NCBI GenBank assembly: GCA_009777475.1
Contig: WRLU01000004.1
Location: forward strand, 8,582-72,581
Length of the DNA: 64,000 nucleotides
Direction of reading: 5' to 3'
From: Oscillospiraceae bacterium
GTDB taxonomy: Bacteria > Bacillota > Clostridia > Oscillospirales > UBA929
How positions within the stretch are numbered: position 1 is the stretch's first letter; each line of letters begins with the position of its first letter. Made by a program: the position numbers and the translations under genes. A model generated the notes under the pieces. That model did not search any database and was not told where the DNA came from. It was given only the letters and a program-made list of their open reading frames with translations. Below, piece by piece: positions 9,370 to 17,225 of this stretch.

Positions 9370-10208
9370 TTTTCAACAATCCCCCTCACCATTTTTTCCG
9401 CCTGAAGGACTGTCCGGGGATATCCCCCCTCATACAGCCCTTCTTTTTCCAGTTCGCGTGCAAGACTTACCACTCTGGGGCAGTTAATGCCCATCTCAAT
9501 AAGCCGCCCGCTTTGTTTAAGGGTTTCTGCCGTGGGCAGATCCGTTACAATTTGCCCATTAGCCAAGGTTATCATTCGGGAGCAGAACTGCGAAAGCAAC
9601 ATGATTTTTTGCTCGACTATAACTATAGTCATTTCGTATTCCCTGTTGAGCAAGGACAGGGTTTCAAAAATCAGCTGGCTCCCTAAGGGGTCAAGCTCAC
9701 TGGTCGGTTCATCGAGTACAAGTATCTCCGGACGCAATGCGATTGCTGACGCCACCGCAACACGCTGTTTTTGTCCGCCTGACAGCTGCGCCGTTGACTT
9801 TTTGCGGAGCTTGGAAATCCCTGAAAGCTCCAGTGCTTCGGTTACCCTCTTGTCAATTTCTTCTGAAGGGACATTAAAATTTTCAAGGCTGAAGGCTATC
9901 TCATCCTCAACAAACGAGGTAACAATCTGAGCCTCAGGATCCTGCAAAACCGTACCCACATGGCGGCTCAGCGCAACACAGCTGCTGTCTACCGTGTCAA
10001 GCCCTGCGACCGAGACGCTGCCGTAAAAATCACCGGGGTAATAATGAGGTACAATGCCGTTTATAGACATCATCAACGTGCTTTTACCTGCCCCTGATGC
10101 CCCGATAACCCCAACAAATTCACCTCTGTTTATCTGTACGTTGATGTTGTCTAGAGCAAGCTTACCAGAGCCTTCATATCCGAATGTGTAGTTGCTTATT
10201 TGAATCAT
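9366..10208 (-). CDS. ecfA1: ECF transporter ATPase component EcfA1
   Basis: Walker A GASGAGKST, signature LSGGQKQR, Walker B LVLDEPT. GGAGG RBS upstream of the ATG at 10208. Confidence 0.85.
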   Translation of the reverse strand: MIQISNYTFGYEGSGKLALDNINVQINRGEFVGVIGASGAGKSTLMMSINGIVPHYYPGDFYGSVSVAGLDTVDSSCVALSRHVGTVLQDPEAQIVTSFVEDEIAFSLENFNVPSEEIDKRVTEALELSGISKLRKKSTAQLSGGQKQRVAVASAIALRPEILVLDEPTSELDPLGSQLIFETLSLLNREYEMTIVIVEQKIMLLSQFCSRMITLANGQIVTDLPTAETLKQSGRLIEMGINCPRVVSLARELEKEGLYEGGYPRTVLQAEKMVRGIVEK

Positions 10209-10349
10209 ACGGCCAGACCTCCCCGGAAATTAGGCAACCCCTAACGGCTTGTTTTTGATGGATTGGTGAGTTTTTTTCAAAAAATCGGACGAATATTTTC
10301 CGTCAAGCCAGAAAAACAAGGTTTTTGGGGTTGCCTGAAGTGATTAGTA

Positions 10350-10943
10350 TTAGGGTGTCCTTTTTCTGATGACAGCCCTAAGCGCGGGATACAGGACAGA
10401 GACTATAATGGCGTTTGCGAGTGCAGTTCCAAATATTATGGCACTAAACCCAACTACAGTCATGCCTTCTGCTCTCTTCGGAAGATCCAGCCCGGAAAGA
10501 AGCATCATCTTCATTGCAAGAAAGAAGGCATACCCGCTGACAAGTGTTGTGAAGAATGTAAGAACCGCCGGATAAAATGGCACTTTTCCGATTTTCAATT
10601 CAAATGGCATTTTCATAAGAAGCACCAGTGCTACCGCGCCAAGGGTTTCACTGACTATATTGGCACCCGGCGCAAGAACGCCCGGCAGGAAGGTGCATAC
10701 AACACCCGCGACCAATCCGATTGCCAGCGATTCTAAGAATTTCGGACGTATTAGGAGGATTGCCAGGGAATACATGGCGATTACTGAGTTGGGTTTGAGC
10801 GGGGTAAAAGAGAATGCTACGTTAAATACTCCCTTCAATACCGCCCCTGCGGCGATTAGCATTGCTACAATAAGAATCTCGGTGACTGTGATGCCTGCCT
10901 TTTTGCTCGATGTGATTTCGCGTTTTTCCATACCTTGTGACAT
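10350..10943 (-). CDS. trpP: ECF transporter S component, TrpP (tryptophan transporter) family
   Basis: ATG at 10943 lies 9 nt after AAGGAG. The ORF-track start at 11099 would lie inside the T-box leader. The six-TM protein is alignable with B. subtilis TrpP/YhaG (..LKPNSVIAMYSLAILLIRP..IGLVAGVV..PGANIV.. versus ..MKPDMMLIMMFMGILLFPR..IGIVTGII..AGQIPNII..). Confidence 0.7.
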   Translation of the reverse strand: MSQGMEKREITSSKKAGITVTEILIVAMLIAAGAVLKGVFNVAFSFTPLKPNSVIAMYSLAILLIRPKFLESLAIGLVAGVVCTFLPGVLAPGANIVSETLGAVALVLLMKMPFELKIGKVPFYPAVLTFFTTLVSGYAFFLAMKMMLLSGLDLPKRAEGMTVVGFSAIIFGTALANAIIVSVLYPALRAVIRKRTP

Positions 10944-10994
10944 GATAAACTTCTCCTTTTTTCGGCTTTCGCCATAATATTTTTTGCAAAAACC

Positions 10995-11262
10995 AAAAAA
11001 CCCATCCACAGACATAACTGTCAAGGACGAGCGTGCACAACCCGTGGTACCACCTTGATTCACAGGGCGAAAGCCCTGCCTCACGCGGGATACAGACATA
11101 CCCCTTAGCCTTCACGCGGCTTAAACGTTGCAGAATACTCAGGAAATTTGAATCCCCTTTGACTGCACCCTCCACGGTCCATTTAATGTACTGCATACCA
11201 CGAGGCTCTCAGCCACCCCCGCTCTCTGTAGGCGCATCTTAACATTTTTATCTCCGCATCAT
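10995..11262 (-). promoter_or_regulatory. T-box riboswitch leader, candidate specifier UGG (tRNA-Trp)
   Basis: Read on the minus strand. AGAGAG box at 11233-11228. T-box motif tcaaGGTGGTACCACGGG at 11060-11041. Antiterminator 3' strand CTCGTCCTT. Terminator CTCGTCC/GGATGGG (extended by ACAG/CTGT), followed by U6 (11000-10995). UGG followed by A at 11181-11178 inside an A-rich loop. Confidence 0.8.
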
Positions 11263-11297
11263 CGGTTTGATGGACGAATATTTAATTTTGCTCCTTC

Positions 11298-11326
11298 AGC
11301 ATAGCACATGACTTGGTGTCCGTCAA
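11298..11326 (-). promoter_or_regulatory. SigA-type promoter of the T-box/trpP transcription unit
   Basis: Minus strand: TTGACG (11326-11321), 17-nt spacer, TGcTATGCT extended -10 (-10 hexamer at 11303-11298). Lies about 35 nt upstream of the T-box stem I region. Confidence 0.55.
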
Positions 11327-11358
11327 CCCCCTTTTTGAAATTTTTTTGAACCGAAGCT

Positions 11359-11386
11359 GAAGCTTCGATTGAGAAGCTTCGATTGA
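11359..11386. repeat. perfect 14-nt tandem duplication GAAGCTTCGATTGA x2, each unit containing the palindrome CGAAGCTTCG/GAAGCTTC
   Basis: Direct reading of 11351-11386 (ccgaagct gaagcttcgattga gaagcttcgattga). T-runs flank it on both sides. It sits between the divergent trpP and infC promoters. Confidence 0.9.
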
Positions 11387-11423
11387 TTTTTTAAACAGAG
11401 GAAAATAAAAAAATAAAAAAGGC

Positions 11424-11453
11424 TTGACAAGACCTTTTTGTTTGTGTTACACT
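11424..11453 (+). promoter_or_regulatory. SigA-type promoter of infC-rpmI-rplT
   Basis: TTGACA (11424-11429), 18-nt spacer, TGtTACACT extended -10 (11445-11453). Confidence 0.5.
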
Positions 11454-11625
11454 GGCTTACACAAAGAAGAAGGGACTCCCTCCCTCACCTTGTCTTTGTG
11501 CGAGGGCAAGGTTAATATCCATAACGGTCGGTGTTCGTCTGGGGTCAGACCTCCGGAATACCTAGCTTGCTGTTGTTGGTTAACCGGGCGGGGAGAATCT
11601 CCAGCTCGTTTTTTGTTTTCTGACT
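11454..11625 (+). promoter_or_regulatory. infC operon 5' leader with terminator-like hairpin (candidate L20-responsive attenuator)
   Basis: About 170-nt untranslated leader. Hairpin CGGGC..GGG/agaatc/TCC..GCTCG at 11585-11608 is followed by TTTTTTGTTTT (11609-11619), just ahead of the infC RBS. The position matches the Firmicute L20 leader. The structure was not verified against a covariance model. Confidence 0.45.
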
Positions 11626-11646
11626 TTGAATGGAGGTGCGTTACTC

Positions 11647-12165
11647 ATCGGCAAAATAGCTCATCAAATCAACGAAGAAATCCGGGACAAGGAGGTGCGT
11701 CTTATAGGGGACGATGGTGCCCAGCTTGGCATTGTAAAATCCTCTGATGCGCTCAGGGCGGCTTTTGAAAAGGACTTGGACCTAGTAAAAATTGCCCCCC
11801 AGGCTGCCCCTCCCGTATGCCGGATTATGGACTATGGGAAATTCCGCTTTGAGCAATCTAAAAGAGAAAAAGAGGCTCGTAAAAATCAGCATGTGGTTGC
11901 CGTCAAAGAAATCCGTTTGTCCTCTGGGATTGATGTGCATGACTTTGAGTTTAAGCTGCGCAATGCACAAAAGTTCCTCAAAGATGGTGATAAGGTAAAG
12001 GTTTCAGTGCGTTTTCACGGTCGTCAGCTTGTCCATGTTGGCCTGGGTGAAAAGCAGCTCCTGAAATTCGCTGAAAGCTGTGAAGAATTAGCCTCCATAG
12101 AAAAACCGCCCATTCTTGAGGGTCGCCGGATGTCAATGTTTTTGACTCCGAAACCAAATAAATAG
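11647..12165 (+). CDS. infC: translation initiation factor IF-3
   Basis: [23 protein letters not shown]... is a typical IF-3 sequence. The only RBS (GGAGGTG, 11632-11638) lies downstream of the ORF-track TTG (11626). The likely start is therefore a non-AUG codon, ATC 11647 (or ATA 11656), as is usual for infC. The exact start is uncertain. Confidence 0.85.
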   Translation: MGKIAHQINEEIRDKEVRLIGDDGAQLGIVKSSDALRAAFEKDLDLVKIAPQAAPPVCRIMDYGKFRFEQSKREKEARKNQHVVAVKEIRLSSGIDVHDFEFKLRNAQKFLKDGDKVKVSVRFHGRQLVHVGLGEKQLLKFAESCEELASIEKPPILEGRRMSMFLTPKPNK

Positions 12166-12214
12166 GACACTTTTCAAAAAGTTTCCCATCAGAAGAAAGG
12201 AGATTCCTCGAACT

Positions 12215-12412
12215 ATGCCTAAAATGAAAACTCATTCCGGAGCGGCAAAGCGTTTTACGCTGACCAAATCCGGTAAGGTAAAACGCAAACAGGCTGGGCT
12301 CCGCCACCAGCACCACATGAAGCCCACTAAGCGCAAGCGCCATCTCCGTCAGGGGGCGTATGCCGATGTGACCAATGAGAAAAACGTCAAGTACCTTATC
12401 CCATACAAATAA
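12215..12412 (+). CDS. rpmI: 50S ribosomal protein L35
   Basis: [14 protein letters not shown]... is the canonical L35 sequence. RBS AAGGAG. Confidence 0.95.
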   Translation: MPKMKTHSGAAKRFTLTKSGKVKRKQAGLRHQHHMKPTKRKRHLRQGAYADVTNEKNVKYLIPYK

Positions 12413-12437
12413 GACATAGAACAGGAGGTATCGTAAT

Positions 12438-12794
12438 ATGGCCAGAATCAAAGGCGCGGTTAATACGCGCAAGAGGCACAAGAAAATATTAAAGCTCGCA
12501 AAAGGGTACTGGGGTGCCAGATCAAAGCTTTTCCGCACGGCAAATCAAGCAGTTATGAAAAGCCTGCAGTACGCCTATATAGGCCGGAAACAGAGAAAAA
12601 GAGATTTCCGCCGCCTGTGGATTACACGAATTTCTGCGGGGGCCCAAGCTTCAGGGATGAATTATTCCCGCTTTATGCACGCCTTGAAGGTACAGGGGAT
12701 TCAGCTTAACCGCAAAAGCTTGGCGGAGCTTGCCGTACACGATAAGGCGGCATTTGCCGCCCTCGTAGAAAAAGCTAAGACTGTCAAAGCGTAA
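12438..12794 (+). CDS. rplT: 50S ribosomal protein L20
   Basis: [29 protein letters not shown]... is the canonical L20 sequence. RBS AGGAGG. Confidence 0.95.
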   Translation: MARIKGAVNTRKRHKKILKLAKGYWGARSKLFRTANQAVMKSLQYAYIGRKQRKRDFRRLWITRISAGAQASGMNYSRFMHALKVQGIQLNRKSLAELAVHDKAAFAALVEKAKTVKA

Positions 12795-12807
12795 AACCGC
12801 AACAAGC

Positions 12808-12839
12808 GCACCCGGCTCCAATGAGCCGGGTGTGTTTTC
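12808..12839 (+). terminator. intrinsic terminator after rplT
   Basis: GCACCCGGCTC/caat/GAGCCGGGTG hairpin followed by TGTTTTC. Confidence 0.7.
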
Positions 12840-12902
12840 GGTATGCTGATAAATTTGCCTTAGGCCAAGCCGAAGTCGGCAAGGCTTAACAATTAATTAG
12901 CA

Positions 12903-13760
12903 TCAGCCTTTCAAGGTAGAGGCGATTGTGGCGCGGGCGTTTGCAAAAAAAGCTTCCCTTGGTTGAAATTCTAAGAGGATTTCAGTGCCGTATTTTTGAT
13001 AAAACAACTCTAGCATTTCACTTTCGTTCAACCCTTTTTCACTCATGCAGGTAATAAATTTGTGGCACGAGGTGTTCGCCTCAAATGATTTGTCAAAAAA
13101 TCCATCAGTGCATTCATCCCTTACAACACCCCTGTGAGGTAACGACAGATGCCTATGAGGTATGCCCCGGCATTTTTCAATTGAGCGTATTGTGTCGTCA
13201 TAGCTGGTGAGATAACAGGGATATACGGTTCCGTCCGGCATCAAAACTCCCAGTGTTTCGTTTACAATCAGCAATTCAAGCTCAGGCACGAAAAAACTGA
13301 GTGAATCTCTTGTGTGTCCCGGAGTTTCCAGCACTTGAACAGATAGGCCTCCTAAGCCGATAGCATCGCCCTCTTTTAGGATAATATCCGCCTGAAACTC
13401 ATTGTCATCGTATGACATATCACATTCGATACCGTGTGTTTTTGCGGCAACAGCCGATAATTCGCGGAAAATTCTACGGGGAGTATCTTTCAGCAAAACG
13501 GCAGCTCCGGCTTGGGATGTGGCGATTTTCGTATCCGGCCATTCCCTGCGAAAAAATGGCAAAGCACCGATGTGGTCATAATGGGTGTGGCTGAAAAATA
13601 TGTAATCAAGAGGCCGGTCTTGAAGGGCGGTTTTTACGCTTTGTATAGTTTTTTCGGCGCAAAATACCATTCCGCAGTCAATGATGGCGGTAAAGCCATC
13701 ACCTATAAGCAGGTTGCCCTCGCTGGAGCTGTGGGCAATACAGTTGACATATCTGTGCAT
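12903..13760 (-). CDS. MBL-fold metallo-hydrolase
   Basis: HTHYDH metallo-beta-lactamase motif (FFSHTHYDHIGA) plus downstream H/D ligands. GGAGG RBS. Starts 21 nt after the upstream gene. Confidence 0.8.
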   Translation of the reverse strand: MHRYVNCIAHSSSEGNLLIGDGFTAIIDCGMVFCAEKTIQSVKTALQDRPLDYIFFSHTHYDHIGALPFFRREWPDTKIATSQAGAAVLLKDTPRRIFRELSAVAAKTHGIECDMSYDDNEFQADIILKEGDAIGLGGLSVQVLETPGHTRDSLSFFVPELELLIVNETLGVLMPDGTVYPCYLTSYDDTIRSIEKCRGIPHRHLSLPHRGVVRDECTDGFFDKSFEANTSCHKFITCMSEKGLNESEMLELFYQKYGTEILLEFQPREAFFANARATIASTLKG

Positions 13761-13781
13761 TTTTTCACCTCCTAGACTGCC

Positions 13782-15443
13782 CTAAGCTGTTTCCGTTTTA
13801 GACTCTGACTCAAGTCCTAACAGGGATATTGACTGCTCGCGCAACAGAAACTTTTGGATTTTTCCGCTTGCGGTAAGAGGGAATGAGTCGGTAAACAGCA
13901 CATGGCTCGGAACCTTATGCTTGGCTAAGCTTTTGTTGACATATCCCTTGATGTCATTTTCGTCAGCTTCTGCCCCATCCTTCAGTATGACAAAAGCGCA
14001 GGCCTCTTCGCCGTATCTTTTAGAAGGTATAGCAACAACGGCCACATCCTTTACGGCCTCATGGGTATATATGAAATCCTCTATTTCTTTTGGAAAGAGG
14101 TTTTCCCCGCCCCGGATAATCATATCTTTAATGCGTCCGGTTATTTTGTAGTAACCATCTGCATCAACGGTGGCAAGGTCGCCTGTATGCAGCCAGCCGT
14201 CGCTGTCTATCGCCGATTTTGTGGCTTCAGGCAACTTGTAGTAGCCCTTCATCACGTTATAGCCCCTTACACAAAACTCGCCGGCAACCCCAGAGGGAGC
14301 CTCCCTGCCTGTTTCAGGATCAATAATTTTTGTTTCCATAAACGGCAAAGTCTTTCCAACGGTGTGGACACGCTTTTCCAAACTGTCATCTACAGTCGTT
14401 TGAGTGCATACGGGCGAAGCTTCAGTCTGGCCGAAGGCTATAGTTATCTCCTTCATGTTCATTTTGTCAACAACATCCTGCATGACCTTGATTGGGCATG
14501 GCGAACCCGCCATAATACCGGTGCGAAGGGTTGAGTAGTCATACTTGCTAAAATCACGGTGTTCTAAAATCCCTATAAACATAGTAGGGACACCGTGTAC
14601 TGCCGTACACCTTTCGTACTCAACAACATGCATGACCTTCATTGGGGTATACCAAAGCAATGGGAGCATAGTGCTGCCGTGTGTTACGCAGGCCATAATT
14701 GCCAAAACCATTCCGAAGCAATGGAAGAACGGTACCGGTATACATAGACGGTCATTTTCAGTGAATTTCATGCAATCGCCGATGGAAAGCCCATTGTTCA
14801 CTATATTCTTATGGGTCAGCATAACACCCTTGGGGAAACCGGTGGTGCCGGATGTGTACTGCATATTTATAACATCATCGGGATCAAGGCTTGCTTTTCT
14901 TTTTTTGTATTCAGTTGAGGAAACAAGCACGCCGAAATTTTCAATATCGTTCCAGTGATACATTCCCTTGTAGTGATTATCAAAAGACACAACTATTTTA
15001 AGCTCCGGCAATTTATCTGACAACAACGCCCCTTTTTTGCAGTTTTTGAGTTCGGGGCAAATGGAGTAAAGTGCTTTTTCACAGTCTATATCCTTCAGTC
15101 CGTCACAGATAAACAGGGCTTTGCTGTCAGACTGCTTGAGCAAAAATTCCAGTTCCTGTTCCTTGTAGTTGGTGTTGACCGTTACTAAAACAACGCCTAT
15201 TTTTGCCGTGGCAAACATAAGAACCAGCCACTGCGGATAATTAGTCGCCCAAACTGCCGCATGGTCGCCCTTTTGAAGACCCATCCCCATAAGGCCCTTG
15301 GCAATGCGGTCAACTTTGTTGTTAAATTCATACCATGTCTTGTCAAACTCCATTTCAATGTACTTAACTGCCTGATGGGTAGGGAATTTTTGCGCGGTTT
15401 CCTCCAATGCCTCTCCGATAGTAATTTTTCTCGGTTCATTCAT
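13782..15443 (-). CDS. AMP-dependent acyl-CoA synthetase/ligase (FadD-like)
   Basis: AMP-binding motifs YTSGTTGFPKGV, GQTE, TGDLATVDADGYYKITGRIKD. Its start overlaps the MFS stop (ATGA). Confidence 0.85.
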   Translation of the reverse strand: MNEPRKITIGEALEETAQKFPTHQAVKYIEMEFDKTWYEFNNKVDRIAKGLMGMGLQKGDHAAVWATNYPQWLVLMFATAKIGVVLVTVNTNYKEQELEFLLKQSDSKALFICDGLKDIDCEKALYSICPELKNCKKGALLSDKLPELKIVVSFDNHYKGMYHWNDIENFGVLVSSTEYKKRKASLDPDDVINMQYTSGTTGFPKGVMLTHKNIVNNGLSIGDCMKFTENDRLCIPVPFFHCFGMVLAIMACVTHGSTMLPLLWYTPMKVMHVVEYERCTAVHGVPTMFIGILEHRDFSKYDYSTLRTGIMAGSPCPIKVMQDVVDKMNMKEITIAFGQTEASPVCTQTTVDDSLEKRVHTVGKTLPFMETKIIDPETGREAPSGVAGEFCVRGYNVMKGYYKLPEATKSAIDSDGWLHTGDLATVDADGYYKITGRIKDMIIRGGENLFPKEIEDFIYTHEAVKDVAVVAIPSKRYGEEACAFVILKDGAEADENDIKGYVNKSLAKHKVPSHVLFTDSFPLTASGKIQKFLLREQSISLLGLESESKTETA

Positions 15444-16753
15444 GATTGCACCTCCGAATTATTTTTCTGCCCGGCATTAGCCGCGGCACGTTCACGCTTG
15501 GACATTCCTTTTAAGATAAGCATCATAATAATCCCTGCACCGGCACAGCAGGATGCGATTACAAAAGCCGGAAACATCAGGCTTATGTCCTGGGCTTTGT
15601 CGGCAATATCCTTGTAATAGCCGCTGATTTGCGATGAAAGAATCGCTCCTGAGCCAAATCCCAAAAGTACAAAGCCATAGTTTGTCGCCATATGCTTTGC
15701 CCCAAACAGGTCGGCGGTCAGCGATGGGAATGTAGACAGCAGCCCTCCATAGAAGAAGCCTATGAACGCGATCAGGACAAAAATCCAAATTCCTGGCACA
15801 ACGGTAACAAACAGTGGCAGGACAGCTCCGCCGGACAGCAGTATTATGATGGTGTTTTTTCTCCCGATTCTATCGGAAATCACGCCCCAAATCAAGCGCC
15901 CGAGGGAATTAAACATGGAAACAGCCAAAACTCCCCAGTAGGCAATGTTATCAGCAAGCCCTTTGTCCAGAGCGATAGGCTTTGCAAAGCCTATCATCAT
16001 TAGTCCGCCCATACATGCCAGTATGAAGGTGACAACAATGAGATAAAATTTTGTGCTTTTTAGCATTTCAGAAGGGGTATACTCCATCACCGATTTTACC
16101 ATGCTTGATTTGGCTGATGAAGCAACGGCAGCGGAGGCAAATCCTTCGGGGGGATTTTTCATAAAAAGGCTTCCTATAGTGCATACGAACAGGAAAATTC
16201 CGCTGAGTATCAGGAAGGTTTTTTGCTCCCCTGTGCCGGTGCCGCCGAAAGTCTTGATCAACTTTTCTATTACAGGGGTAAACACCACACCGCCAAAGCC
16301 AAGTGCTGATACGATGATGCCTGTGACAAGCCCTTTTTTGTGAGGGTACCATTTCTGGGCACAGGCAATTGTTGTAGAATATGTAAAGCCCATGCCGACC
16401 CCTCCCATCAATCCGTATGTCACCCATAGTGACCATGAGGTATTTGCCGTTACAAAAGAGGCCAAGAAAAATCCGGCACTTAGTATGATGCCGCCGATGA
16501 AAACAACGAACCGGGTGGAATACTTAGCGGCGAGTTTGCCTCCGAATACGCTCCCAATAGTTAGCGTGGCGAGCAAGAGGGAAAAAGTGAGCTGGGCTTT
16601 GGCGTTGTCCTTGTCAAAGATGCTTTGCGCGATGCCGTTTTGGAATAAGCTCCAAAGGTAGGCAATGCCGAGGGTTAGCTGGATTGCGATTGCTGCGATG
16701 ACCGGGTAGATTCCTGTTTTTTTCGCGGGATAGCTTTTTGCTTGGGATTTCAT
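15440..16753 (-). CDS. MFS transporter (oxalate/formate antiporter-like family)
   Basis: 12-TM MFS profile. ATG at 16753 is preceded by AAGAGGAGG. The ORF-track start at 16798 lies inside the upstream hairpin. Confidence 0.8.
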   Translation of the reverse strand: MKSQAKSYPAKKTGIYPVIAAIAIQLTLGIAYLWSLFQNGIAQSIFDKDNAKAQLTFSLLLATLTIGSVFGGKLAAKYSTRFVVFIGGIILSAGFFLASFVTANTSWSLWVTYGLMGGVGMGFTYSTTIACAQKWYPHKKGLVTGIIVSALGFGGVVFTPVIEKLIKTFGGTGTGEQKTFLILSGIFLFVCTIGSLFMKNPPEGFASAAVASSAKSSMVKSVMEYTPSEMLKSTKFYLIVVTFILACMGGLMMIGFAKPIALDKGLADNIAYWGVLAVSMFNSLGRLIWGVISDRIGRKNTIIILLSGGAVLPLFVTVVPGIWIFVLIAFIGFFYGGLLSTFPSLTADLFGAKHMATNYGFVLLGFGSGAILSSQISGYYKDIADKAQDISLMFPAFVIASCCAGAGIIMMLILKGMSKRERAAANAGQKNNSEVQS

Positions 16754-16771
16754 GGGGTATTCCTCCTCTTT

Positions 16772-16819
16772 GGCAAAAGAAAAACACACCTGCCGCATCC
16801 TTACCGGTTGCTGCAGGTG
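16772..16819 (-). terminator. terminator-like hairpin between the sORF and the MFS gene (possible attenuator)
   Basis: Minus strand: CACCTGC (16819-16813), 19-nt loop, GCAGGTG (16793-16787), followed by TGTTTTTCTTTT. Lies about 20 nt upstream of the MFS RBS. Confidence 0.45.
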
Positions 16820-16838
16820 CGCTCTTTCACCGTTTTTT

Positions 16839-16961
16839 TTACACTTTCAGCGCAACGCATCGAACAACCGGGCAACCGATAATAATAAGCAGACCAAGGA
16901 GCGAAGCCGGAAGGGCTTCGTTAATAAATAGGTTGCTTATCAAACGATTGCGATTGCTCAT
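16839..16961 (-). CDS. 40-codon small ORF (MSNRNRLISNLFINEALPASLLGLLIIIGCPVVRCVALKV), leader peptide or small membrane protein
   Basis: Too short for the ORF track. ATG at 16961 lies 6 nt after GGAGG (16972-16968) and directly downstream of a consensus promoter. Basic N-terminus and hydrophobic C-terminal half. Confidence 0.4.
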   Translation of the reverse strand: MSNRNRLISNLFINEALPASLLGLLIIIGCPVVRCVALKV

Positions 16962-16990
16962 GGCGAACCTCCAAAACTGTATTGAAACGT

Positions 16991-17019
16991 ATTATACACA
17001 GCTGACACGGCACTGTCAA
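16991..17019 (-). promoter_or_regulatory. perfect-consensus SigA promoter
   Basis: Minus strand: TTGACA (17019-17014), exactly 17 nt, TATAAT (16996-16991). Confidence 0.7.
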
Positions 17020-17225
17020 GAGAAATTTAAAAATTTTTTTTCTCTCCCCGGGTGAAAGCACAGCCACCGCCCCTATGAAGGGGAAATGATAGCCTACCGG
17101 GTGAGCTTCCTGTAAACTGTTGGTGAAGGACTAACAAGCACAGGAAGCAGCCGATGAGCCAGCTAGAGCATAGCACAGCGGCAAGAAAGAGGGCACCCTC
17201 CCCGGCTTAAATCCATGGGCAGGAC

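Noticed and set aside
11424-12538. ORFs 11424..11747 (+) in the infC leader and 11978..12538 (-) opposite rpmI/rplT
   Set aside because: The first overlaps the promoter, leader and terminator-like hairpin and has no RBS. The second is antisense to two universally conserved ribosomal protein genes.
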